From an uncultured bacterium (lineage in GTDB: Bacteria; UBP14; UBA6098), in contig CAYWOR010000006.1 of assembly GCA_964459995.1 (NCBI GenBank), positions 12,005 through 76,004 of the forward strand: 64,000 nt of DNA. The letters are read 5' to 3'. Below, piece by piece: positions 17,607 through 26,011 of the stretch. The notes beneath the pieces are model-generated. The model worked only from the letters and a program-made list of their open reading frames with translations, was not told the DNA's origin and did no database searches. Every line of letters starts with the position of its first letter. The first letter of the stretch is position 1. Both the position numbers and the translations under genes were made by a program.

Positions 17607-18416
17607 GGGTAATCAGCATCATTTTCAAAAGCGATAACTATTTGGGGCATTGGTGATGTTCTGGCAGGCTCACATATTCCGCAATTTGAAAATATGACTT
17701 GGGATGAAGCCAAATCCTATTTTGTCCAATGGAACACCGTTCCACATTCGGTAAATCTCGCTAAACCCGGTTTTAACCTCGCAGATAGCCTTCCTGATCA
17801 ACCTTTCGTAGATAAGTCAATGATGTCATATGATGACCAACTGGATTTTGGTATTAGACAAACAAATTTTACCCGGAAGATCAACCTCCGTGATGGATAC
17901 AGCTTCCGAACGCCGTTTCTAACTCGTGAATGGGTGGACTTCTGTTTCAAAATCCCTCGGCATTACAGACTTAGAGAAAACCTCTACCGAAAAATCCTTA
18001 TTAAAAAATATCCTGCTCTATTTACGCTTCCTTCGGCAAATTTTCTTGGGGGAAAGATCGACATTTCTAACCTTGAATTCTTTTCTCGACGCGCTTTGAA
18101 CAAAATCTACAAGACTATTCATGCTTATCCATACAGGCGTTTGGATTCTTTCCGCTTTCTTGCGCCGATTTGGAAAACTCTTCGTATTTTTTCGCGGCTA
18201 AACTATATCGATTATGACCGTGCCATTATGTTTGATGATAATTTCAAGTCGATTATACGTGAAAGTATTGCCGATCTCAGAGTTCGTGGCATCGTTGATT
18301 GGCTCGACCTCGATAAGATATACCGAGATCACATCGAAGGCATCAGCAATAACGGACTTGAGCTTATCCTCCTTTCAACACTGGAAATATCGCTAAAAGC
18401 TGAGGAGGAGGATTGA
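17607..18416 (+). pseudogene. 5'-truncated asparagine synthase (AsnB)-like C-terminal fragment
   Basis: FRTPFLTREWVDFCFKIPRHYRL..NLYRKILIKKYPALF resembles the AsnB C-terminal region. The frame is open from 17607, and upstream of the ATG at 17694 it reads ..IWGIGDVLAGSH.., which resembles the GxGxDELFgGY motif. The GATase domain and the SGGxDS PP-loop are missing. The segment is AT-rich relative to its flanks. Confidence 0.55.
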
Positions 18417-18737
18417 GGTTTTTCTGAACCTCTATGCAGTATCACTCTATCTAATTAATATTCTAATGTAAATTAGAAATATTCAGTTTTTTCCAATGAT
18501 AAATCGATACATCGACGAGTCATCGACTTAATCTGTGAGTCTCGTTCAGCAGATTTTTGATATAAACCCCATAACTTCATTGTGAGGTTGAAATTCTCTG
18601 TTCAATATATATATTAAATGGATATGGAGATTTTATGAAAGAATCGCAATCTGTTTGGCAAGCATAAACAACAATCGCGGGTAATGAGCTTCTTTGCCGT
18701 AACCCTCGGTTGCGGCATTTTTCTTTGGGAGGACAAA

Positions 18738-20621
18738 ATGCAAAATTCGAGGTTTCTTCTGACCATAACCTTTCTGTTTATTTCATCGATGTCTCTCGCC
18801 TTCGCAATCGTAACTCCAAACCAAAATTCATTCCGACCGGATTTCGCTTTAGGGCAGGTTGTTTTCTCGCCTCTCGACGCGAATGCACTGGCCGAAATCA
18901 AGGTAATCGCCGCAGACAATAACGCCACTGTTCATAGGATTACGCGGGATTTGGAGATTTATGTTTACAATTGGCAACCGGAAATCGATTTCGACTCATG
19001 GAACCGCGCGGTTCTCGCCAACGATCTCACAACCCGCAAAGCGATTCATCGATCCGCAGAACCAGAAGTTATCGAGAATCTGCGTATGCTCGAATCCACA
19101 GGTTTGGTTAAATGGACAACCCCTAATTATTACAAATACATACAGTTCATTCCAAACGACCCCTATTTCGTCAATAGCGCATCACCGACCCCCACTAATC
19201 CGCCAAACCAATGGGACAAATTCATAATGCAATGTCCACAGGCATGGGATATACAGCGCGGCAATCCGAATATACTTATCGCCATTCTCGATTCCGGCGT
19301 CGATGTTGACCACCCAGACCTGAAGGACAATATCTGGATAAATCCCGGCGAGGATATCGAAAATCGCGGCACAATCGATCTCGTTTACGACTACGAGTAT
19401 ATTAACGGCATCGACGACGACGGAAACGGCTTTGTGGACGACCTTTTCGGTTACGATTTCGTCGGAGGAGTTACCGGCAACGAGGCGACCACGCCACCGG
19501 ATCAGCAGGATTGGAATCCTGATATCCATTACTTTGGCGACGACGGCTGGGGCGAACCGGACCCGAGCGTTGGAAACGGTGTAGGCTCTTGGATGGGCAC
19601 GGATGTTGGCGTTTCTCACGGCACCCATTGCGCGGGAATCGCCGCGGCGGTGATGGATAATGCCACGATGTTCGCAGGAGTTGCGGGCGGCGGATGTAAA
19701 ATAGTTCCAGTTCGAGTTGCTAATCCCGAAGGCCAGGCAACGGTAACCGCTATCGCCGCGGGAATCGAATATGCCGCCATTGTCGGGGCGCATGTTATCT
19801 CGATGAGCCTTGGTGGACTCGGCGGTTCCGATCCTGCGCAGGCCGCCGCAATAGATTACGCTTTTTCGATGGGTGTTACTCTCGTGGCCGCTTCGGGAAA
19901 CATGGCGCCATTGGTTACTGCGGTTTCCTATCCCGCGAGCGATCCGGATGTTATCGCTGTCGGAAGTTGCACAGCCGGCGGAAATCGTTCGAGTTACAGC
20001 CAATACGGCTCTAACCTCGATGTTGTTGCGCCGGGGGGTCAAAGCTCCTTTTTCGGCGACATCACCGAAACAATTTGGTCAACTTGGGTGGTATCTGTTT
20101 TCGAAGCCAACGAAGATCCTTCGCTATCCCCTGCCGATCATATTTATATGCATGCGGTCGGCACAAGCATGGCTTGCCCACAGGTGTCAGGTATATGCGG
20201 CTTGATACTCTCACAAAATCCCTCACTGACCAATGTTCAGGTTAGGGAAGTCCTAACTTTAACTGCAACCGACATCGGCGCCGCCGGTTTCGATAATGAA
20301 ACTGGCTATGGTATGGCCAACGCCTATGAAGCGGTTCATTATGTCAGCAATATCGCTGAACAGAGCAGGTTGCCGGAAAACTCATATCTTTCGATAACCC
20401 CGAATCCATTCAATGCGGCATGCAAAATCTCATCTAAAAACGAAATAGAAATTTTCAACGTTTCGGGAAGACTCGTTAAAAGACTGACTCCCAATTCCGA
20501 TTCCGAAGTTGTCTGGGACGGCACAAGCGAAAACGGGGAAAATCTTCCCAGCGGCGTTTATCTCGCAAGAACAAATACCCCGAATGGTCGCACAACCAAG
20601 GCTATAACCCTCTTGAAGTAA
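18738..20621 (+). CDS. S8 (subtilisin-family) serine peptidase with T9SS C-terminal domain
   Basis: Catalytic triad contexts are ILDSGVDVDHPDL, HGTHCAGIAAA and GTSMACPQVSG. The signal peptide MQNSRFLLTITFLFISSMSLAFA starts at ATG 18738, preceded by GGGAGGA. The CTD is ITPNPFNAACKISS..IEIFNVSGRLV..WDGTSENGENLPSGVYLAR..AITLLK. Confidence 0.9.
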   Translation: MQNSRFLLTITFLFISSMSLAFAIVTPNQNSFRPDFALGQVVFSPLDANALAEIKVIAADNNATVHRITRDLEIYVYNWQPEIDFDSWNRAVLANDLTTRKAIHRSAEPEVIENLRMLESTGLVKWTTPNYYKYIQFIPNDPYFVNSASPTPTNPPNQWDKFIMQCPQAWDIQRGNPNILIAILDSGVDVDHPDLKDNIWINPGEDIENRGTIDLVYDYEYINGIDDDGNGFVDDLFGYDFVGGVTGNEATTPPDQQDWNPDIHYFGDDGWGEPDPSVGNGVGSWMGTDVGVSHGTHCAGIAAAVMDNATMFAGVAGGGCKIVPVRVANPEGQATVTAIAAGIEYAAIVGAHVISMSLGGLGGSDPAQAAAIDYAFSMGVTLVAASGNMAPLVTAVSYPASDPDVIAVGSCTAGGNRSSYSQYGSNLDVVAPGGQSSFFGDITETIWSTWVVSVFEANEDPSLSPADHIYMHAVGTSMACPQVSGICGLILSQNPSLTNVQVREVLTLTATDIGAAGFDNETGYGMANAYEAVHYVSNIAEQSRLPENSYLSITPNPFNAACKISSKNEIEIFNVSGRLVKRLTPNSDSEVVWDGTSENGENLPSGVYLARTNTPNGRTTKAITLLK

Positions 20622-20634
20622 CAGGCTGGCTACG

Positions 20635-22866
20635 ATGCAAAGGTTCTTACTTCTCATTCTATTGATAATTTCGATCTCTTTCGCGATGCCGGAAGAGATC
20701 GATGTCGAGTTGATAGTCCCTAACAGGGAAGCTATTCGCGAGACCCAATCCGCCGGATTGATGATAGATGATTACAATCCTTCGTCAGGCCTACTTCGCG
20801 GAGTTGTTCTCGACAGAGATCTGCCGACACTTCTTGATCTCGGCTATCCGGTTGAGGTTCTTCCGGAAACGGACGCCCGTGCTATCGCCGCGTTGACGCG
20901 TGAACCTTCGGGCTACCCGACAATGGCGCAATATGTCAGCTTTATGACGGGAGTTGTCGCGGCGCATCCGGTAATTGCTAAATTGGACACTTTCGGCTAT
21001 TCGCAGGGCGGCAGGCCTTTGCTGATGATGAAAATCTCCAAGCGTGCCAGCTGGGAGGAGGCCAAACCAAAGTTTTGCTATATCAGCACAATGCATGGCG
21101 ACGAGGTAGTCGGAATGATGTTCCTTATGTGGTTCATCGACTCGCTTACAGATAACTACGGCACTGATCCAAGAATCACGCGCCTCGTGGATTCTTGCGA
21201 GATATATATCAATCCTCTGCTAAATCCCGACGGCTATGTCGCTATCCGGCGGACGATGAACAACCTCGTCGATATGAACCGCAATTTCCCGGTTCCGGAC
21301 GGCGTCCGTGGCGACGACAACACCTTTACAGCCTATGCAGAAACCAAGGCTATTATCGATTGGTTCAAAACTAAAAAAATTAGCTACACAATCAACCACC
21401 ATGGTGGCGCGCTGTTAGTGAACTATCCATGGGATCACACAGTAACTCGATGCCCCGACGACTCTCTCTACAAATTCCTCGCTATCAATTATTCAAGTAG
21501 AAATCCACCTATGTTCGGAAGTTCAAGTTTTCCTAACGGAATAACAAATGGATTTGATTGGTATGAAGTTAACGGCTCGCTTCAGGATTGGACATATTGG
21601 ACCAACGGCGATTTGCACCTGACAGTCGAATTGGGCAACACGAAAACCCCGACCTTCAGCACACTTCCAAGCCTTTGGAACAACAATTACGACGCTTTCT
21701 GCGCGGCGATTGAGGTGATTCTTAACCATGGCGTCAATGGTGTCGTTACAGACAGCATTTCCGGCGATTCGCTCGATGTTACCGTTGGAATCATCGAACT
21801 CCAAAAGAATGTCTATTCGACTGCCTCGAATGGCTATTATCATCGCATTCTTCTACCGGGAACATACAACCTGAAATTCACTCGAAGAGGCTATTACGAC
21901 AAAATCCTCGCGGTTACAGTTCCTGATTCAGGTTTAGCGCGCCTCGATGTCAAACTCGCACCGATAAACCCAATTTACGTTTACCAAACAAATTTCGAAA
22001 CCGATAGCGGCGGTTTTGTTACGACTGCTTTGCCGGATATTCAGGATTGGAGATACGGCACACCCTCACAAGGGATAATCGAGCCGTATTCCGGAACCAA
22101 AGTCTGGGGAACGATTCTGACCGGCGATTACAGCAACACCAGCCAAAGCCGATTGATTCTCAACAGCATCGAACTTCCGGACGTGGATAGCCTGACGCTT
22201 TCCTATATGCAATGGTTCAGTTTTCAGGACATCGCCAGTGGGGAATATCACGACGGCGGAAATCTCAAACTATGGCTCTCCCCGACCGAAAGCGTGATTT
22301 TATCGCCAACCCCCGGTTACGATTTCCCGATGAGCAGTTGGAACCGGCTCATCCCCTATGAGATGGCCTTTGCGGGACTAAGCAAACAGAAGTGGTGGCA
22401 CGAAGTTCGAGTCGATATTACTCCCTGGGCAGGGCAAACTGTAGGCCTGAGCTGGGATTTCGGTTCGTCGAGCGCGAATGTCCAGGTTGGTTGGTTCATC
22501 GATGACATCGCCATTTATTATCCAGATACAACCGCGCTTCATCACGCCGAAGAGCAACCGGCGAAACCGGAAATAATCTCGATGAGTGCCTATCCGAACC
22601 CTTTTAATTCGGCGGTAAGGATTGCTATCGATTTCGCAGGTGAAGGTTATTCGGACGCTCAGATGGAGATTTTCGACCTCACCGGCCGAAAGATAGAGAG
22701 CATCGACCTTGTTTCAAAACTGATTGATAAATCACATTCAAACTCGTTAACGGACAATATTGAGCTAGTCTGGATGCCGGAAAAAACTACCGTTTCCGGT
22801 GTTTACCTCCTCCGCGCAAAAATCGGCGAAAACACAATTACAAAGCGCGTCGTCTATCTCAAATAG
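20635..22866 (+). CDS. M14 zinc carboxypeptidase with T9SS C-terminal domain
   Basis: STMHGDEVVG (HxxE), NPDGY and NRNF motifs. Followed by a regulatory-like beta-sandwich (GVVTDSISGDSL), a MAM/LamG-like region, and the CTD YPNPFNSAVRIAIDFAGEGYSDAQMEIFDLTGRKIE...SGVYLLRAKIG..RVVYLK. Confidence 0.85.
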   Translation: MQRFLLLILLIISISFAMPEEIDVELIVPNREAIRETQSAGLMIDDYNPSSGLLRGVVLDRDLPTLLDLGYPVEVLPETDARAIAALTREPSGYPTMAQYVSFMTGVVAAHPVIAKLDTFGYSQGGRPLLMMKISKRASWEEAKPKFCYISTMHGDEVVGMMFLMWFIDSLTDNYGTDPRITRLVDSCEIYINPLLNPDGYVAIRRTMNNLVDMNRNFPVPDGVRGDDNTFTAYAETKAIIDWFKTKKISYTINHHGGALLVNYPWDHTVTRCPDDSLYKFLAINYSSRNPPMFGSSSFPNGITNGFDWYEVNGSLQDWTYWTNGDLHLTVELGNTKTPTFSTLPSLWNNNYDAFCAAIEVILNHGVNGVVTDSISGDSLDVTVGIIELQKNVYSTASNGYYHRILLPGTYNLKFTRRGYYDKILAVTVPDSGLARLDVKLAPINPIYVYQTNFETDSGGFVTTALPDIQDWRYGTPSQGIIEPYSGTKVWGTILTGDYSNTSQSRLILNSIELPDVDSLTLSYMQWFSFQDIASGEYHDGGNLKLWLSPTESVILSPTPGYDFPMSSWNRLIPYEMAFAGLSKQKWWHEVRVDITPWAGQTVGLSWDFGSSSANVQVGWFIDDIAIYYPDTTALHHAEEQPAKPEIISMSAYPNPFNSAVRIAIDFAGEGYSDAQMEIFDLTGRKIESIDLVSKLIDKSHSNSLTDNIELVWMPEKTTVSGVYLLRAKIGENTITKRVVYLK

Positions 22867-22882
22867 GAAGGAACTCCCACAG

Positions 22883-24277
22883 ATGAAGATCACTTTTCAC
22901 GGCGGCGCACGCCAAGTTACTGGCTCGAAGCACCTTATAGAAACCAACGGCGAAAGAGTTCTCCTCGATTGCGGTTTTTTCCAAGGGCATCGAGCGGAAG
23001 CGAACGAAAAAAACCGTAACCTACCCTTCGACCCCTCATCAATCAATGCGGTTATCCTCGGCCACGCACATATCGACCACTCCGGCAACCTTCCAAGCCT
23101 TGTTCGTAATGGTTTCGAAGGTCCGATTTATTCGACTAAACCCACGGATGACCTTTGCGCATATATGCTCACCGATGCCGCCTACATTCAGGAGAAGGAT
23201 GCGGAATTTTTAAATAAAAAGAACGAGCGTGAAGAACTCGAATTAATCGAACCTGTTTATTCGATAACAGATGCCCTCGATGCAATTCAGCAGTTCGTCC
23301 CAAGACCCTATTCCCATTGGTTTGGCGTTACAAAAAATATTCGCGCAATTTTCCGCGACGCTGGGCATATATTAGGCAGTGCAGTTGTCGAACTCGAGAT
23401 TTCCGATAAAGGAAGACGAAAAAAGGTATGTTACGCGGTCGATTTGGGGCGAAAAAACCTTCCACTTTTGCTTGATCCCAAGCAGGTTACTGGGTGTGAA
23501 ACGCTGATAATCGAATCAACTTACGGCAACCGCAACCATGACGCGGTAGAAAACGCCAAGGGCGATCTCGCGGAAGCTATCAACCGCACCTACACACGCG
23601 GCGGAAAAACCATTGTCCCAAGTTTCGCAATGGAACGCACTCAGGAGATTATCTATAACCTTCATGAACTTCATCGCGAAGGGGCTATCCCAAACATACC
23701 GATTTACATCGATTCGCCGCTCGCAATCAATGTTACACAGGTTTTTCGCCGGAATTTCAAGTATCTCGATGATGAAGCGCAGGAGATGATCCGTAAATAC
23801 GAAGACCCCTTCGGTTTCGGCAAAATAACCTATGTTCGGAGCGTCGAGGACTCGAAACTTCTCAACAGAATGAACGAGCCGATGATCATTATCTCGGCAA
23901 GCGGGATGTGCGAAGCAGGGCGAATCTTGCACCACCTTAAGAATAACGTCGAAGATAAGCGCAACACCATCCTCGTTGTAGGTTACATGGCCGAAAACAC
24001 TCTTGGTAGGCGCATTGTGGAACGCCATCCGAAAGTGAAAATATTCGGCGAGGAATATAATTTACGCGCGGAGGTTGTAAAAATAGATGCATTCAGCTCG
24101 CACGCCGACAAAGACGAACTTCTGAATTATGTTCGCGGTTGCGGACAAAGGCTCAAAAGGGTTTTCGTGGTACATGGTGAGGAGGAGCAATCGCTTATCT
24201 TCGCAGATGCGATAAGGGAGATGAATCCCGCTCTGGAAGTCGTCGTCCCCGAGGAGGGTTACACAACCGAGATTTAA
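22883..24277 (+). CDS. Beta-CASP family metallo-beta-lactamase RNase (CPSF/RNase J-like)
   Basis: MKITFHGGARQVTGSKHLIE, HAHIDHSG (HxHxDH), and a C-terminal FSSHADKDELLNYV motif. ATG 22883 follows GGAAGGA. The track start at 22799 overlaps the M14 gene. Confidence 0.9.
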   Translation: MKITFHGGARQVTGSKHLIETNGERVLLDCGFFQGHRAEANEKNRNLPFDPSSINAVILGHAHIDHSGNLPSLVRNGFEGPIYSTKPTDDLCAYMLTDAAYIQEKDAEFLNKKNEREELELIEPVYSITDALDAIQQFVPRPYSHWFGVTKNIRAIFRDAGHILGSAVVELEISDKGRRKKVCYAVDLGRKNLPLLLDPKQVTGCETLIIESTYGNRNHDAVENAKGDLAEAINRTYTRGGKTIVPSFAMERTQEIIYNLHELHREGAIPNIPIYIDSPLAINVTQVFRRNFKYLDDEAQEMIRKYEDPFGFGKITYVRSVEDSKLLNRMNEPMIIISASGMCEAGRILHHLKNNVEDKRNTILVVGYMAENTLGRRIVERHPKVKIFGEEYNLRAEVVKIDAFSSHADKDELLNYVRGCGQRLKRVFVVHGEEEQSLIFADAIREMNPALEVVVPEEGYTTEI

Positions 24278-25954
24278 CTACTCGAAACCTGTGCTAAGTC
24301 CCACATGAAGATATCCGCCGGTTATTGCATCCTCGGTGCCGACACCGTAGGAGACATCCCACCTTCCAATTGCGCTGTTTAAACGCAATCCAACGCCGTA
24401 GCTGAAACGGAAATCTTCGTTCTCCTTCGGTCTTTTTAATACTCCGCTGTCAAAAAAGGCGTATCCATGCGCCTCCGAACCGAGAAGCAAACGCCACTCA
24501 ATATTCGCCCAAAGGATGTGTTCCGCCGAAAATTGCTCCTCCCGATAACCACGCAGACTTCCCCATCCGCCGAGATAATACCTGTCGGAAAGCGGGAGCT
24601 GTTTTTTCGAAAAAGCGCTTCGGTTGTGAATCCCAACAAAAAGCACCTGCTCGTGTAATACCTCAAAAGCAGTCTTAAAATCACTTTTTAATCGCAACAT
24701 CGGCTCATTTTTGTCGAAATCTTCGAAAAGGAAATCGGGACCGCTTCGGTCGATATAAGAGCCTTGAAGCGTAAGTTTCGCATAAATTCCCTTTCGGGGG
24801 TTGATTTTCGGGCGAAGGCCACTCCATTCCATTCCTGATTCTATGGAATACTCTCGTGATGCTGGAATTCGATAGACATTCTGCCCTATCGAATCGGGAT
24901 CGACCGCACGAAAGGACGCGCCATTAATGAATCTTAAGTTGAAATCCAAGGGCAATGAATATTTGAGGCCGATTTCACGGCGTGTGTAGGTCGAATCCCT
25001 CGAGTAATAATTGCCTGTCAATTCGGCATCGCCATTGCCTCCGAGAATCCACGGCTCGACATAGGATGCCTCTATTTCCATTTTCTCCGTGGCCACCTGA
25101 TCCCAAAGAAGCTTCAGTTCGCGCCCTGTTCCGGCTATATTGTAAAAAGCGGCGTCAAAATGCCCGGTCAATTTGCCCTTTCCGCCTGCTCCGGGAGTGT
25201 ATCCGAGGATACCGTTCATCGCAACCGAGCGGTTTTCGGAAATTGGCACTCTTAGAAGCCAAAAACCGGTTTCGTCTAATAATAATTGCGGCTCAGCGGA
25301 GACATTAAGCCAACCGGTGGCTCGAACCCGCTCGATTCCTTTGGTAATTCTGGTTTGCGAGAACCGCTCCGGTGGGTCGAAAAGCATAAGACGTTCTACG
25401 ACATAGGCTTTCGTTTTCAAATTTTCCGGGATTACAACCTGCCTGAGAAAAACCGTCTCCCCCGGAAAAACCGAAAGAACAATACGAACAGGAAAATACC
25501 CAGATTCGGCGGCTCCAATCGATAGGGAATCGACTACTACAGCCGCAAATGGCAATCCCTCGTTTTCGAGTAACCCTACAAGCTTTTTCATATCGAGGGC
25601 TAACTTCGCATCGGTAAAGTGCTTACCAATCGTGGTTTCCAAAACCGGCAAGTTAAAGGGGTAACCTATAATACGATACTCATCGACAATACATGGGAGC
25701 CCGGCAGTAACATTTACTCGGACAACGGTGTCGCGAGCAGAGGTAATATCGTATTCTACCGCTGTATTTACTGTCGGATAACTGTTTCTACGATATAAAG
25801 CATCGACCGAATCGGCAACCTGATCATAAGGAATTTTCGAAGCGGTTTCGCGGACAGCCTTCTTTCCCAATGGGCCGGCATCGCCTATTTCGAGCCGAAG
25901 CCCACCGAAAACAACGGCGACGATGAATAGAAAGGCTGTTATCTTGGCTTTCAT
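24278..25954 (-). CDS. Omp85/BamA-TamA family outer membrane protein
   Basis: Signal peptide, POTRA-like N-terminal part, and a C-terminal barrel with LGGWGSLRGYREEQFSAEHILWANIEWR and FSYGVGLRL. I prefer ATG 25954. The track start is TTG 25960. Confidence 0.85.
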   Translation of the reverse strand: MKAKITAFLFIVAVVFGGLRLEIGDAGPLGKKAVRETASKIPYDQVADSVDALYRRNSYPTVNTAVEYDITSARDTVVRVNVTAGLPCIVDEYRIIGYPFNLPVLETTIGKHFTDAKLALDMKKLVGLLENEGLPFAAVVVDSLSIGAAESGYFPVRIVLSVFPGETVFLRQVVIPENLKTKAYVVERLMLFDPPERFSQTRITKGIERVRATGWLNVSAEPQLLLDETGFWLLRVPISENRSVAMNGILGYTPGAGGKGKLTGHFDAAFYNIAGTGRELKLLWDQVATEKMEIEASYVEPWILGGNGDAELTGNYYSRDSTYTRREIGLKYSLPLDFNLRFINGASFRAVDPDSIGQNVYRIPASREYSIESGMEWSGLRPKINPRKGIYAKLTLQGSYIDRSGPDFLFEDFDKNEPMLRLKSDFKTAFEVLHEQVLFVGIHNRSAFSKKQLPLSDRYYLGGWGSLRGYREEQFSAEHILWANIEWRLLLGSEAHGYAFFDSGVLKRPKENEDFRFSYGVGLRLNSAIGRWDVSYGVGTEDAITGGYLHVGLSTGFE

Positions 25955-25958
25955 CTTC

Positions 25959-25987
25959 AAAAAACGCCCCCAAACATCGGGGGCGTT
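25959..25987 (-). terminator. Strong rho-independent terminator after the 1885-aa gene, ending 4 nt before the Omp85 ATG
   Basis: The minus-strand RNA reads AACGCCCCC-GAUGUUU-GGGGGCGUU-UUUU-GAAG-AUG, a 9-bp GC-rich stem. Confidence 0.7.
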
Positions 25988-26011
25988 CTTTCGTGAAGTG
26001 TTTGGACGAAG

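Noticed and set aside
17228-18416. A lasso-peptide or other RiPP locus, reading the AsnB-like gene as a cyclase next to a small ORF
   Set aside because: The AsnB-like ORF lacks the ATP-binding PP-loop and everything N-terminal to it. There is no transglutaminase-like protease. The 111-aa neighbour is a glycine-zipper membrane protein, not a precursor-like peptide.
18635-18667. A 10-codon upstream ORF (MKESQSVWQA) with a GGAGA Shine-Dalgarno-like sequence ahead of the S8 peptidase gene
   Set aside because: It is too short to evaluate. It lies in ~25-35% GC sequence where ATG...TAA pairs arise by chance, and I have no conservation data.
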